Below, piece by piece: positions 25,993 through 36,053 of a DNA stretch of 64,000 bases (position 1 is the stretch's first letter; the number at the start of each line of letters is the position of its first letter). The translations under genes and the position numbers were made by a program. The notes under the pieces are model-generated. The model had not been told where the DNA came from, did not search any database, and saw nothing but the letters and a program-made list of their open reading frames with translations. The DNA comes from Vicugna vicugna (Eukaryota): assembly GCA_013265495.1 (NCBI GenBank), contig MU057416.1, positions 304,545-368,544 of the forward strand, given 5' to 3'.

Positions 25993-26374
25993 GTCTCGAA
26001 GATGGAAAACGCTGGATCCAGGGTTAAGTATTATATTAGTAAATTATTGGGCAGTTGAGTTTTGGGTGCCAGATTATCTCCCCTCACACTCTTTTTCATT
26101 GTTGAAATCATCCAGATTTCCTGGAAACATCTCTGTTTATAAGCCTGTCATCTCTCTTCTGGACAGTGATAATTGCCTCCTAAATGGTGTATCAGCAGCT
26201 CAACTAGCAGACACATCATTTCATCTTTCACACAATAACAGCGACTTTTCTGAAACTCAATCAGATCCTCCATGACTCTCCACCTCCCACGCCTACGCTT
26301 AGTTTTAAAATCCCTCAGTGGATTCCTATTGTTCTTAGGACAGTAGGGAAAAAATCAACATTGCTTATGCATTC

Positions 26375-27297
26375 TTTTTTTTTTAACCTTTGAAAAAATG
26401 TTAAATTTTTATGGAAGCAGAAGAGTTGATTCACAATGTTGTATTGCTTTCAAGTGTACAGCAAAGCGATTCACGTATGCACGTATTTTTTTTTTAGATT
26501 CTTTTCCATACTAGGTGATTACAAGATGTTGAATATAGTTCCCTGTGCGCTACAGTAGGTCCTTGTTGCTTATTGACTTTATATCTAGGAGTGTGTACCT
26601 ACCAATCGCAGACTCCTAATTTGTCCCTCCCCCGACACCTTTTCCCTTTGGGAACCGTAGTCCATCTTCTTTGTCTGTCAGCCTATTTCCGTTTCATTTG
26701 TGTCACTCTTTTTTAGATTTCACATATATGTGATATCATATGATATTTGTCTTCCTCTGTTGACTTATTTCACTTAATATGATAATCTCTAGGTTCATCC
26801 ATGTAGCTGCAAATGGCATTATTTCATCTTTTTTATGGTTAATATTGCCATATATATATTACATATATACATTATATATATTCCATTATGTTTGTGTGTG
26901 TGTATACATATATATATGTACACACTACATCTTCTTTATCCAATCATTTGCTGATGGACACAGGTTGCTTCCATGTCTTGGCTGTTGTAAATAGTGCTGC
27001 TATGAACACTGGGGTGCATGTATCTGTTTGAGTTAGAGTTTTCTCCAGATAAAGGCCCAAGAGTGGGATTGCCAGATCCTATGGTAACTCTATTTTTAGT
27101 TTTTTTAAGGAACCTCCATACTGTTCTCCATAGTGGCTGCACCAGTTAACAGTCCTACCAACTGTGTAGGAGGGCTCTCTTTTCTCCACAGCCTCTCCAG
27201 CATGTGTTATTTGTAGACTTTTTAATGATGGTCATTTTGACTGGTGTGAGGTGACACCTCATGGTAGTTTTGATCTGCATTTCTCTAATAGTTAACA
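26375..27297 (-). mobile_element. 5'-truncated L1 (ORF2 C-terminus plus 3' UTR) with target-site duplication
   Basis: Minus frame QPLWRTVWRFLKK; artiodactyl L1 3' UTR; T-tail at left. Imperfect TSD aacattgcttatgcattc (26357-26374) and aacatggcttatatattc (27298-27315). Confidence 0.93.
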
Positions 27298-27540
27298 AAC
27301 ATGGCTTATATATTCCTACATAGCCTTGCCATAGGCTACCTTCTCAACCTCAAGTGACAGCAGTTCCTCACAGGCTTATTTTCATCCGTACCAGGCTGGT
27401 CTCTATCCTTTCCTTGAATTGTCTTTCCTATCCCACCATTGGTGTCCACACGTGTTATCCTCTGTGCCCAGGGTGCTCTGTCTCCTTTTCCTGACCCCAT
27501 ATCCTCTACTCCTTTACCAGTTATCCTCTACGTCTGCAAA

Positions 27541-28047
27541 TGAAAAATTTTCCACTAGAGTAGAACCCGCCTGGATGACATGAAAACTAAATTTCATCAC
27601 AACTAGTTCTAACCAGCTGAAACTTGTAGAAAGCCATGAACTCTGAATGACCTTGGCATACCAAACCCTTACTGGACCCAGCTGAAGACTTCGCTGGTCA
27701 ATAAACTATGAAGTTTGTTGGATAGACTTGAATTCCTTCATCGTTTTTATCCAGAAAGTTAGTTCTCAAACCTGACTTGTCACCTTCATCGTTTTTATCC
27801 AGAAAGTTAGTTCTCAAACCTGACTTGTCACCTTCATCGTTTTTATCCAGAAAGTTAGTTCTCAAACCTGACTTGTCACATGACCAGGAATAACCCTGCC
27901 TAGCACTTCAAAACCTGTAACTTTCCCCTGTCTTTGAATGACCTAATGAGTTTCTTCACTGGTTTGTGTTCCCTTCTTTTGCAAGTTAGTAAGCCTTGGC
28001 CTTGCTCATTTTCCTCTTTTTTGAAGTCCTGGTGGTCTGTCTTTCAT
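27541..28047 (+). mobile_element. Possible solo ERV LTR interrupting an L2
   Basis: About 500 bp of non-L2 sequence starting TG(aaaa) and ending (tcttt)CA, between L2-like flanks. No clear TSD and family not recognised. Confidence 0.35.
27735..27878 (+). repeat. Perfect tandem repeat, 3 x 48 bp
   Basis: Unit ccttcatcgtttttatccagaaagttagttctcaaacctgacttgtca at 27735, 27783 and 27831. Confidence 0.98.
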
Positions 28048-29735
28048 CCTCTATCCGCTCACTTTAGAGTCCTCTAATTAGCAGACTATGTGATGAATGT
28101 CTTTCCACCACTTGACGTCAGGTTCCCAGGAGGAAGTAAGTGTACTTACCACGGTCTCACCCAGGACTCAAGAAAATATCAGTAAATAGTGCAAAGGCTC
28201 CCCACACATGTCTTTGATGGGAGAGTGAATAACTTTTCGTTTTGTAACCTTGTATTCTAAACCAAGAAACTACAGATTGTGAACTTACTAATTTCCTTTT
28301 CCACGAGTTTAGGTCTTAATTTCCAGGCAACAACTGTCGTTTTCTATTTCATAAGACTCTTCTATCATAACTGCTGTGTTAGTTTGTGTTTCCCAGTTGC
28401 AAAAGGCATTTAATGATTTGGAGAAGTTGATCTCTCCTTCCCTTCCTCTTGACGTGACCAGTAACGAGCCTGGCCAGCTGTGCAGTGCTGTCCCTGTGTA
28501 CAGAAATTCTTTTCTGAAAAGCACAGGTGATCAGGTTACACCCTGAAGCCTGAGATCTGATTACTCTTATTATAGTGGCCTGAAAAGTTACACATGTCAT
28601 TAGGAGTCATTAAATTACTCTACTTGGCTCTCTTACGGGAGCTCTGGTATTTGACTCAGCGATCTTGCCTGGCTGTAAATTCCACATTGTGAACGTGCAT
28701 TTTCATGGGGCTGCAGACCCTTTGACAGAATCTCCGTGTTATTCCTCGGAAAGGGACTCTCAGTAATGAAAGTAGACCCTGAACCCAAGAATTCTACTGG
28801 AAATGTATGGAAATCCAAGCCTTGGAAGTAAGTGAGTGTGAGTATTGACATGGTCAAATTGTCTTCTCCACCCCTCCCTCCACCCCCTTTCTTTTTTTGC
28901 TGTGTTCAAGCAATTTAATTCTGCATCTAATTTTAATCTGTAAACTGTACCCCCTCCTGCGGTTGTAAAGCATGTGTTAGCACTTAACCAGCAGGAGGGG
29001 GTTGCCTAAGGTAGGAGGGTTGATAGCACAGAACAGGCATCTTAAGAATGGCTTTGTGTGACTTGGCGCCACTCGCTAAGGCTTTCTGTGCCTGGGTCCA
29101 AGCTGTCTGTCCAGGGCTTAGAGAGACTCAGGCAGTAAAAATAGTGGAATCTTTTATTATTATTACTCGGTGTTGATTTTCCAGAAAAATTTGCACGAGG
29201 AGGGGTGACTTACAGGGCTCTGAAGGTTTCCTCAGAGGGAGTAGGAAGAATGAGTGAATTTGTCTGAAGAGGGATGGGGGGAGGTGACTTGGAAAATGTG
29301 GTTAAGACCTGTTAAAGTTACACTGAATCGTGATGGCCCCTTGGAAAGTAAAAGAAAGGATTTGTAGAAATACAAGTTTGGCTGCTAGATCAACGCTAGC
29401 TCTTCTTACTAGCTAAAATGTATAATCTTAGAAATTAAGAAAACTCTATTTATACCTAGGGGTTGGTCATACCTTAAGGTCAAGGGGAAAGTTAGATTTC
29501 AAAGTCAGCCTCTGGGATAAAAATCATGTGTAGCTAAAATGACCCTTGAAAATCCTTGTAAAGTTCAAACCAAGCATTTCATTTGTGGTCCCTGGTGGGA
29601 AAAAAACTTAAAATCATTTCCCAAAATCTTTCCATCATTTCTTTTCTTGCTTGCATTAACTTTTCAGCTTTAATTATGTCCATCGTTTAATAGAAGAAAT
29701 GCAGCCACTTAATGGTGGATTTCTGCAAATAAACA

Positions 29736-29955
29736 CTGTATTTCACTGATCCTGAGATGCATCTGCTTTATATTTTTACATCTCTGAAACTGAGGTGTGT
29801 TTTATAATTGATGGCATTTTAAAATTGTAATGGTCAGTGTTCTTTATTCCTTTCTTTCTTTCCCTTTCTTTCTTTCTCTCTTTTTTCTCTTACTACTTTA
29901 TACAATGAAGGTTTGTCTTGCCATTATTGGTCTATTAGATTGGAAGAAACATCGT
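29736..29955 (+). mobile_element. MER104-like TcMar-Tc2 DNA element
   Basis: ctgtatttcactgatcctgagatgcatc...ttttacatctctgaaactgaggtgtgttttataattgatggca...ttagattggaagaaacatc. Confidence 0.7.
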
Positions 29956-30812
29956 GGTTAAATTCATGTACGGTAAATACATAAGTGAATGTTAGGAATC
30001 CAGGCTTGAGGTTTGAAATAAATGCCACTGTTGTATAGGTAGTTTTTTTTTTTCAAAACTACATTTTAACTAAGACTCAACTTTGACTCATAGCATCTGG
30101 CGTGCAGCATTGTATTACCATGAGTCAGTCATTAAAGGCATTGCTTGCTGAGTAGATACGTTTATGACTCATTCATTCAACTGATATTCGTTGAACTCTG
30201 ATCATTGTTTCATATTGCTCTTGGGCCCAGATTGGAGCAGCAACCAAAACAAGTAACTTTCTCTATTGAACAAGAAAAAGCAGGTCTCAAATCACTTAAA
30301 TTACAGTGTCATCCTTCCAAATATGGAGTCTTATTCTCAGACTATGACTTTATATTTCACTTAAATTCCAGTGAAACTTAGTTTGGGCTGAACTATTATT
30401 TTGAAAGGGATATCCTGTTCTTTCTTTCCTCAGAAATAGTTATTAATTAATGGCTAGATTCTCAAAATTTGAATATAAATTAGATAGTAGAGTTTAGAAC
30501 CACCCCTCTGCCAGTTATGACAGAAGGCACGTGACTTAATCCTGATCGTCTTGTCCCCAACTTCAAAACTCTCCAAAATGATATTTCCCTCCTCAAATGG
30601 CTCCTGTAAGGATGGAGAGACAGTATAGCTAGGTCACTGTGTGACTTCAACAAGGAAAGTGATAATTCTATTTAACTTTATTTCTTTTTACAATTGGCCA
30701 AAAGTTAAGTATAATTTATGGTGTCATTTTTTTTGAACCAGTACCTAGATTCTCTTAGGATAGTAAAGAGGCACATGTTGTCAGCTTGAAACAAATCAAA
30801 GACAAACAAAGC

Positions 30813-30843
<31 letters not shown>

Positions 30844-30984
30844 AAAGAGGGAAAAAGGAAAAAAGATAGAATGCATAATGCATAGGAGAAGAAAAATGAC
30901 CAAAATTCCAGGACCGAGAGTGAAATGAAAAGAATGACTTCTACATAGCGGGTCTTCTCAGGCATGGGACAGCGTTTACTGCTG

Positions 30985-31190
30985 CTACTACTAAACATTT
31001 ATTAAGTGTCAGGCACTGAGCTAACGTCATTGCATAAATGACTTCATTCATCCTCAGAAAGTGTTATCAGACAAGAAATACTATACCAATTATGTCGTTA
31101 GGAAAATGTAGGCTTAGGGAGGTTAATGAATTTCGCCATAGCTGCTCCTCTAGGAGGCTGAGGTTTAATCCTCTGTCTGAGTTTTACTTC
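30985..31190 (-). mobile_element. MIR SINE
   Basis: aacatttattaagtgtcaggcactgagctaa...ggaaaatgtaggcttagggaggttaatgaatttcgcca. Confidence 0.75.
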
Positions 31191-31289
31191 ATTACAAGCA
31201 GGCTCTCCATTATTAAAACATTCTTGGGTTATTACTATTTTCTGTCACATTCCTGACACAGCTCATGGCCCCATTCCCCATTGCTGGGC

Positions 31290-32450
31290 CTGCAGCTTGC
31301 TTCCACCATTAAATTTTTTAAAGTAACGTTGCTTTAACTATCCTCACACGTACATACGCTGCAGAGAATCCCAGAGTGAGAACCATTGATTCAAAGTATC
31401 CAAGCATTTAAAAGTCCCGCTAGATAGTGCCAAGCTGCTTCCACAAAGCTGACATCAGTTCACAGTCTCATGAACGTTGTATGGTTCTGAGATGAAGAAT
31501 GGTTACCAGTCTCAGCTGACAAATAAACTGGGGTTAATTTCTAGGCTTCAGTCACCTTGTATCTAAAAGCCATCAAAAACCAGCAAAGACAGCTGAGAAA
31601 ACAAATGCTGGACCCGGAGTGTCACGGAGGCAAGCCGTCCCCTCCGTCTTGCAGGGAGCAGGAGCCGCACGGCGCCTCCCGCTGCTGCTCTCCCCGAAGC
31701 ACCGCCTGCTTCCGACTCACCGGCCCCACGTGTGGAAAAAGCAAAGTGTGAATCTGCCAACACCTTCGAGATGCCGCAGGTCTTGCACACACCGCCTGCC
31801 TCCTGACCATCTAGCTCAAACTCCTGAGGGGCAAGTACAAAAGCCCCCGCCGAGCCCACGGGAGAGTCTCCCTCGGGCCCCTGGTCCAGTCGCCGTCGCG
31901 GGGAGGCCACGAGTTCAGAAGAGGCAGGAAGACCAAGCTGAGAAGGAGTGAAAGCAGAAAACCAAAGATCACCCTACATTACACGGTGTCAGGAAATTCA
32001 TTTCGGCTTTTCTGGCTTCTGTGACCTTTTCTTCCTCAGCTAGCTTTACTAAAGATAAAGCACATCTCACTGTTTTAAATTTGAATTTCTTCAGTGAAGC
32101 AGAATTTTACATCATTTATGTAAAATTTACCTGATTTATTTGCATTTCTTTTGTGACTTCTCTGTTCAGATTCACTGTTCATTTATCTCTTGAGGTGTTA
32201 ATTTTTCCTTATTGCTTTTTCTGTATTAAGAATATATCTCTAAAAATTGTATCGACTAAGCATATTAATCATTTGTCTTCTTTATTTCTCATATTATTTT
32301 CCATTTGGCCGGCTGCCCTTTCACTGTATGTTTTTGACATGCTACAGACTGAAGTTTAAGTGGTCAAGTCTTCCCATGATTTTGTTTTCTTTTTTCTTTC
32401 TTCTTTGATCATGTTAATACTTAAAAAGTTCTTCACCATTTCAGGATGAG
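31290..32450 (-). mobile_element. Ancient L1 (L1ME-like) fragments at about 31290-31485 and 32040-32450, interrupted by unrelated GC-rich sequence
   Basis: gatagtgccaagctgcttccacaaagctgacatcagttcacagtctca, then catctcactgttttaaatttgaatttctt...ttctctgttcagattcactgttcattt. Confidence 0.55.
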
Positions 32451-32806
32451 TAAATCTTCCACGACACTCACTTTAGAAAAAATTTTAAAGTTGCAATTAG
32501 CTCCTTAATATACTGAAATAAAACTCCAGGGATTCTGTGAAGTTCCAGGTAAAATTTCATTTTCCTGCATTTAGCTAATACTCAAATTTCCCACCAGGAC
32601 AATTGATCTATTAAACATATTAGGAGATTTTACTCAGAGTGCATTAAAGAGTTCCACAACATGATTAAGTTTTTAAGTTGTTATTTTTTAAATACTGTGG
32701 AGAAAATATATTGAACAAATGGCTGATGGTAGACAGAAAGTTAATTAGGTGACTACTGGAGAAGTCCAAGTAAGAATTATAAGTTTCTGAATTAGGTAGT
32801 AGAAAT

Positions 32807-32830
32807 ACACACACACACACACACACACAC
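32807..32830. repeat. (AC)n microsatellite
   Basis: About 12 uninterrupted AC units. Confidence 0.95.
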
Positions 32831-33571
32831 TGCAATCTCAGTGGGCTAGCGAGACGTAAGCATCTTCAAGGGCTTTGTGATTACATGTGCAGGAAGGCAA
32901 GAGCAGGAGCGTGAGATGATTTCAGCACGGGCAAGGGTCTGCGGGGAGAGCAGGCGGCAGTTAGGGACGCGGATTCGGGCCGTCTTGATTGGAGAGAGAG
33001 ACTTGACAATCAGCAGCCTCTAAGCAGAGGCCAGCATCATCCAGTGCCTGAGATCCCTTCAAAGACTGTAAAGCGTGGGAAGAAAAAAACCCTGAAAACC
33101 AATCACGACGTGTCTCACAAAGAAACCAGGCGTACTAGGTTAGGCAGGATAAGATGGGGCTCTGAAAAACAGGACGTCACCGTTATAAAGACGGAAAGAA
33201 GTTCACATGCGACTAGGCTCACAAAGTCAGCGGAGACTGGAGTTTGTAACAGGCACGGGTGCCAGCAGTCAGTGACGTGCAGGGGCACTCCGGCAGGACA
33301 GCTGGCAGGACGGCGCAGCTTGCCCGTGTCACCGCAGAGCTCGCCGGTGAGCTGGCCCAGAGCAGGTTCAGGAGAACAATGTTACGTGCGTGTGAAGGAG
33401 AGGAACGCTAGAAGCAGCCAGATTGCAGCCAGCTGAGGTGAAAATGCCAAGTCGTCAACCACAGGCCTGCTGCAGCTCCACGTGCTACTTCCAAAGCCCC
33501 GTTCTGAAACAGCAGGGAAGAAGTGGGATGACCATTTAGAGGAGGAAGCAAGGACAGATATTTTTCTTAAA

Positions 33572-33643
33572 TTGCAAATGTTAGCCACCATACATAAAAA
33601 TAGATAAAAAGTTTTCTTCTGTAAAGCACAGGGAACTATATTC
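33572..33643 (+). mobile_element. 72-bp internal piece of L1 3' UTR flanked by 10-bp direct repeats
   Basis: Near-identical to 34382-34454; ttcttaaatt at 33564-33573 and 33641-33650. Confidence 0.9.
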
Positions 33644-33974
33644 TTAAATTTTTTTGTTTTCCGTTTGAAAAGGGAGAAAACTGAACTTGGTCACATGTTA
33701 AATGGGAAGAGCCAATATGGTGGAGGAGGAGAGGGTTTTCATGGAGGAAGACCTGTCTTGAGCCAGGCAGGAGGCTGTTGGCTAACCCTCGGGCAGAAGC
33801 CCGTACGTCTGTGGACTCTGAATGAAGAAGAGGAAGAGAAATCAGATGAACTGAAGCTTCTCCTCGAAAACCAGAGGTCAGTTCATCTGCGGCAACCACG
33901 ATGGTGGAGAGGAGCAGCTGAGGAAAAAGGAGGAGGTGTCAGCTAACTCCTGGGGAGGGGCATGGGACAACATG

Positions 33975-34575
33975 ATATCCAGAGGGAACTCTGATTCGAA
34001 AAGATACATGCACCCTAATGTTCACAGCAGCACTATTTACAGCATCAAGACATGGAAGCAACCTAAGTGTTCACCAACAGATGACTGGATAAAGAAGCTG
34101 TGGTATATTTATACAATGGAATACTACTCAGCCATAAAAAAGAATAAAATAATACCATTTGCAGCAACATGGATGGACCCGGGGAATCTTCATTCTAAGT
34201 GAAGTAAGCTAGAAAGAAAAAGAAAAATACCATATGATATCACTCATATGAGGAATCTAAAAAAAGAAAAAAGAGGACACCAATGAACTCATCTGCAAAA
34301 GAGAAACAGGCTTGCAGACATAGTAATCTTATAGTTACCAGCGAAAGGGGGTGGGAGGGAATAAATTTGGAAATTTGAGATTTGCAAATGTTAGCCACCA
34401 TACATAAAAATAGATAAAAAGTTTTTCCTCTGTAGAGCACAGGGAACTATATTCAATATCTTGTAACAACCTTTAATGGAAAAGAATATGAAAATAAATA
34501 GATATCACTGGGACATTGTGCTGTACACCAGAAATTAACACATTGTAACTGACTGTACTTCAATTAAAAAAAATT
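33975..34575 (+). mobile_element. 5'-truncated young artiodactyl L1 (ORF2 C-terminus plus 3' UTR)
   Basis: Frame KTWKQPKCSPTDDWIKKLWYIYTMEYYSAIKKNKIIPFAATWMD; ends cattgtaactgactgtacttcaattaaaaaaaa. Confidence 0.95.
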
Positions 34576-35773
34576 TTTTTAATTTGTTTTAAAGTTGAGG
34601 GACCAAAGGATTTGGAAACCGATGAATACACACAAAAAAATCCTAAGATTGTGTGATTTCATCTTTTTTTTTCCAGCAACACTGCAGCAGGAAGGACGGC
34701 TGCTCTGGGGATAAGAGAGTGTGAGCCTAGACTAGCAGGAAACAGCAATCAGAGAGTGGGTGCCACAACTTAGATACTGGATATGGTGGACTCTTTATGG
34801 AAATAACGAGATCTGGGGAAGGACCTCAGGAATGGGCTCCTGTGATGGGAATCAAAGGTAAATGGACTTGAAAAGGGCAAGAAATGGAAGAATAATGTAT
34901 TTAACAGATTTTCAAAAAATAAACACGGATGCCTTCCAGAAATGCTAACCATAGACACTCCATTGGTAATATAATTACTAATAAAATAATTTAAAAATTA
35001 TTATTATCATTACAAATGATAAACTTAAAACTGCTGCGATCAAATTCAAAGACAATTGTACTATGTCAAGACGTAGAGCCAAACTAGCTAAGGAACCCCA
35101 GCCATGATGTGACGTGAGGCAACTCACAGGCTGTGGCCCTAAGTCTGATGATGTGGGGAAGGCTTTCGGAAGGCAGAACACAAAGAAGGTGGGTAAACTG
35201 TTACCTTCAATTTGGATTTAATTATGGAAATCCACTGCTGTATGACTCTCGTCAGTGTTCTGAGAGTTACATAGTTACTTATACATATTTTCTTCCCTCC
35301 TTAGCAAATTCCATGGCAAGAGGAAGTATCGTTTGAGTCAGTCCCCACCCAGAGCAGCACAAAGATAAAAGTAGCCAGTGCTTATGTACCGCTCTGACCA
35401 GGGACTCTAACAGAAGGTGCAGTGTTGCTGCAGTTTTAAGGCCTGGGTGCCAACGGCGTGGACACTGGACTCCTCCATGCCTTTTTTTCACTCCTGCAGG
35501 AAGATGCTCAGACTTAGCCTGTTATGTTATAGATTCCATGAGGGAAATAGTTTACCTCTTTAAAAACATGCACTATTTATAACACACGGAAGTGTAGAAA
35601 AGGTATTACTCTTGTTTAAATGAGTACCTTTTCCGTCGAAATCTGAACATACGAAACACACTGAGTGAACAGACGTGAAGACTCTGCAGACCGGAGACTT
35701 CGGAGGAAACCACAGCATTACCACCGTCAAGAGATCCTGCAGGGAGGGAACGTCTCTTGACGGCGATTGCAAA

Positions 35774-35882
35774 ATGCGGGGCCACAGTTGCATTCATTGT
35801 TCAGTGAGCTTGTCCACACAGTTAACCCACCGACAGCAATGAATGTTGATTGTGACCTTTTAAAAAGTAGTCTCCGCCCAGG
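35774..35882 (-). ncRNA. MIR181B1: pre-miR-181b-1 stem-loop (5p arm 35847-35825; 3p arm 35808-35788)
   Basis: Reverse complement of 35825-35847 is AACATTCATTGCTGTCGGTGGGT (miR-181b-5p). Reverse complement of 35788-35808 is CTCACTGAACAATGAATGCAA (b-1 3p arm). The two 5p starts are 183 nt apart, the tight spacing typical of the a-1/b-1 cluster. Confidence 0.99.
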
Positions 35883-35944
35883 GAGGAGAGCGTCCCGGGC
35901 GCCCCGCTCTGGTCTCCTGTCTTCAGCAAAGTCCGGAAGCCACG

Positions 35945-36053
35945 GTGGCGGTGGTGGTTGGCCATAGGGTACAATCAACGGTCGATGGTTTTGATTTTAA
36001 ATTCCAAACTCACCGACAGCGTTGAATGTTCACTGAAGCAACCTCTAAGCTCA
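35945..36053 (-). ncRNA. MIR181A1: pre-miR-181a-1 stem-loop (5p arm 36030-36008; 3p arm, miR-181a-3p/miR-213, 35989-35968)
   Basis: Reverse complement of 36008-36030 is AACATTCAACGCTGTCGGTGAGT (miR-181a-5p). Reverse complement of 35968-35989 is ACCATCGACCGTTGATTGTACC, the 3p arm diagnostic of the a-1 paralogue. Flanks GAGGTTGCTTCAGTG and CTATGG match the a-1 precursor. Confidence 0.99.

Noticed and set aside
33936..34202. 88-aa ORF, and likewise 26936..27142 and 56633..56896
   Set aside because: L1 ORF2 C-terminal remnants in 5'-truncated copies.
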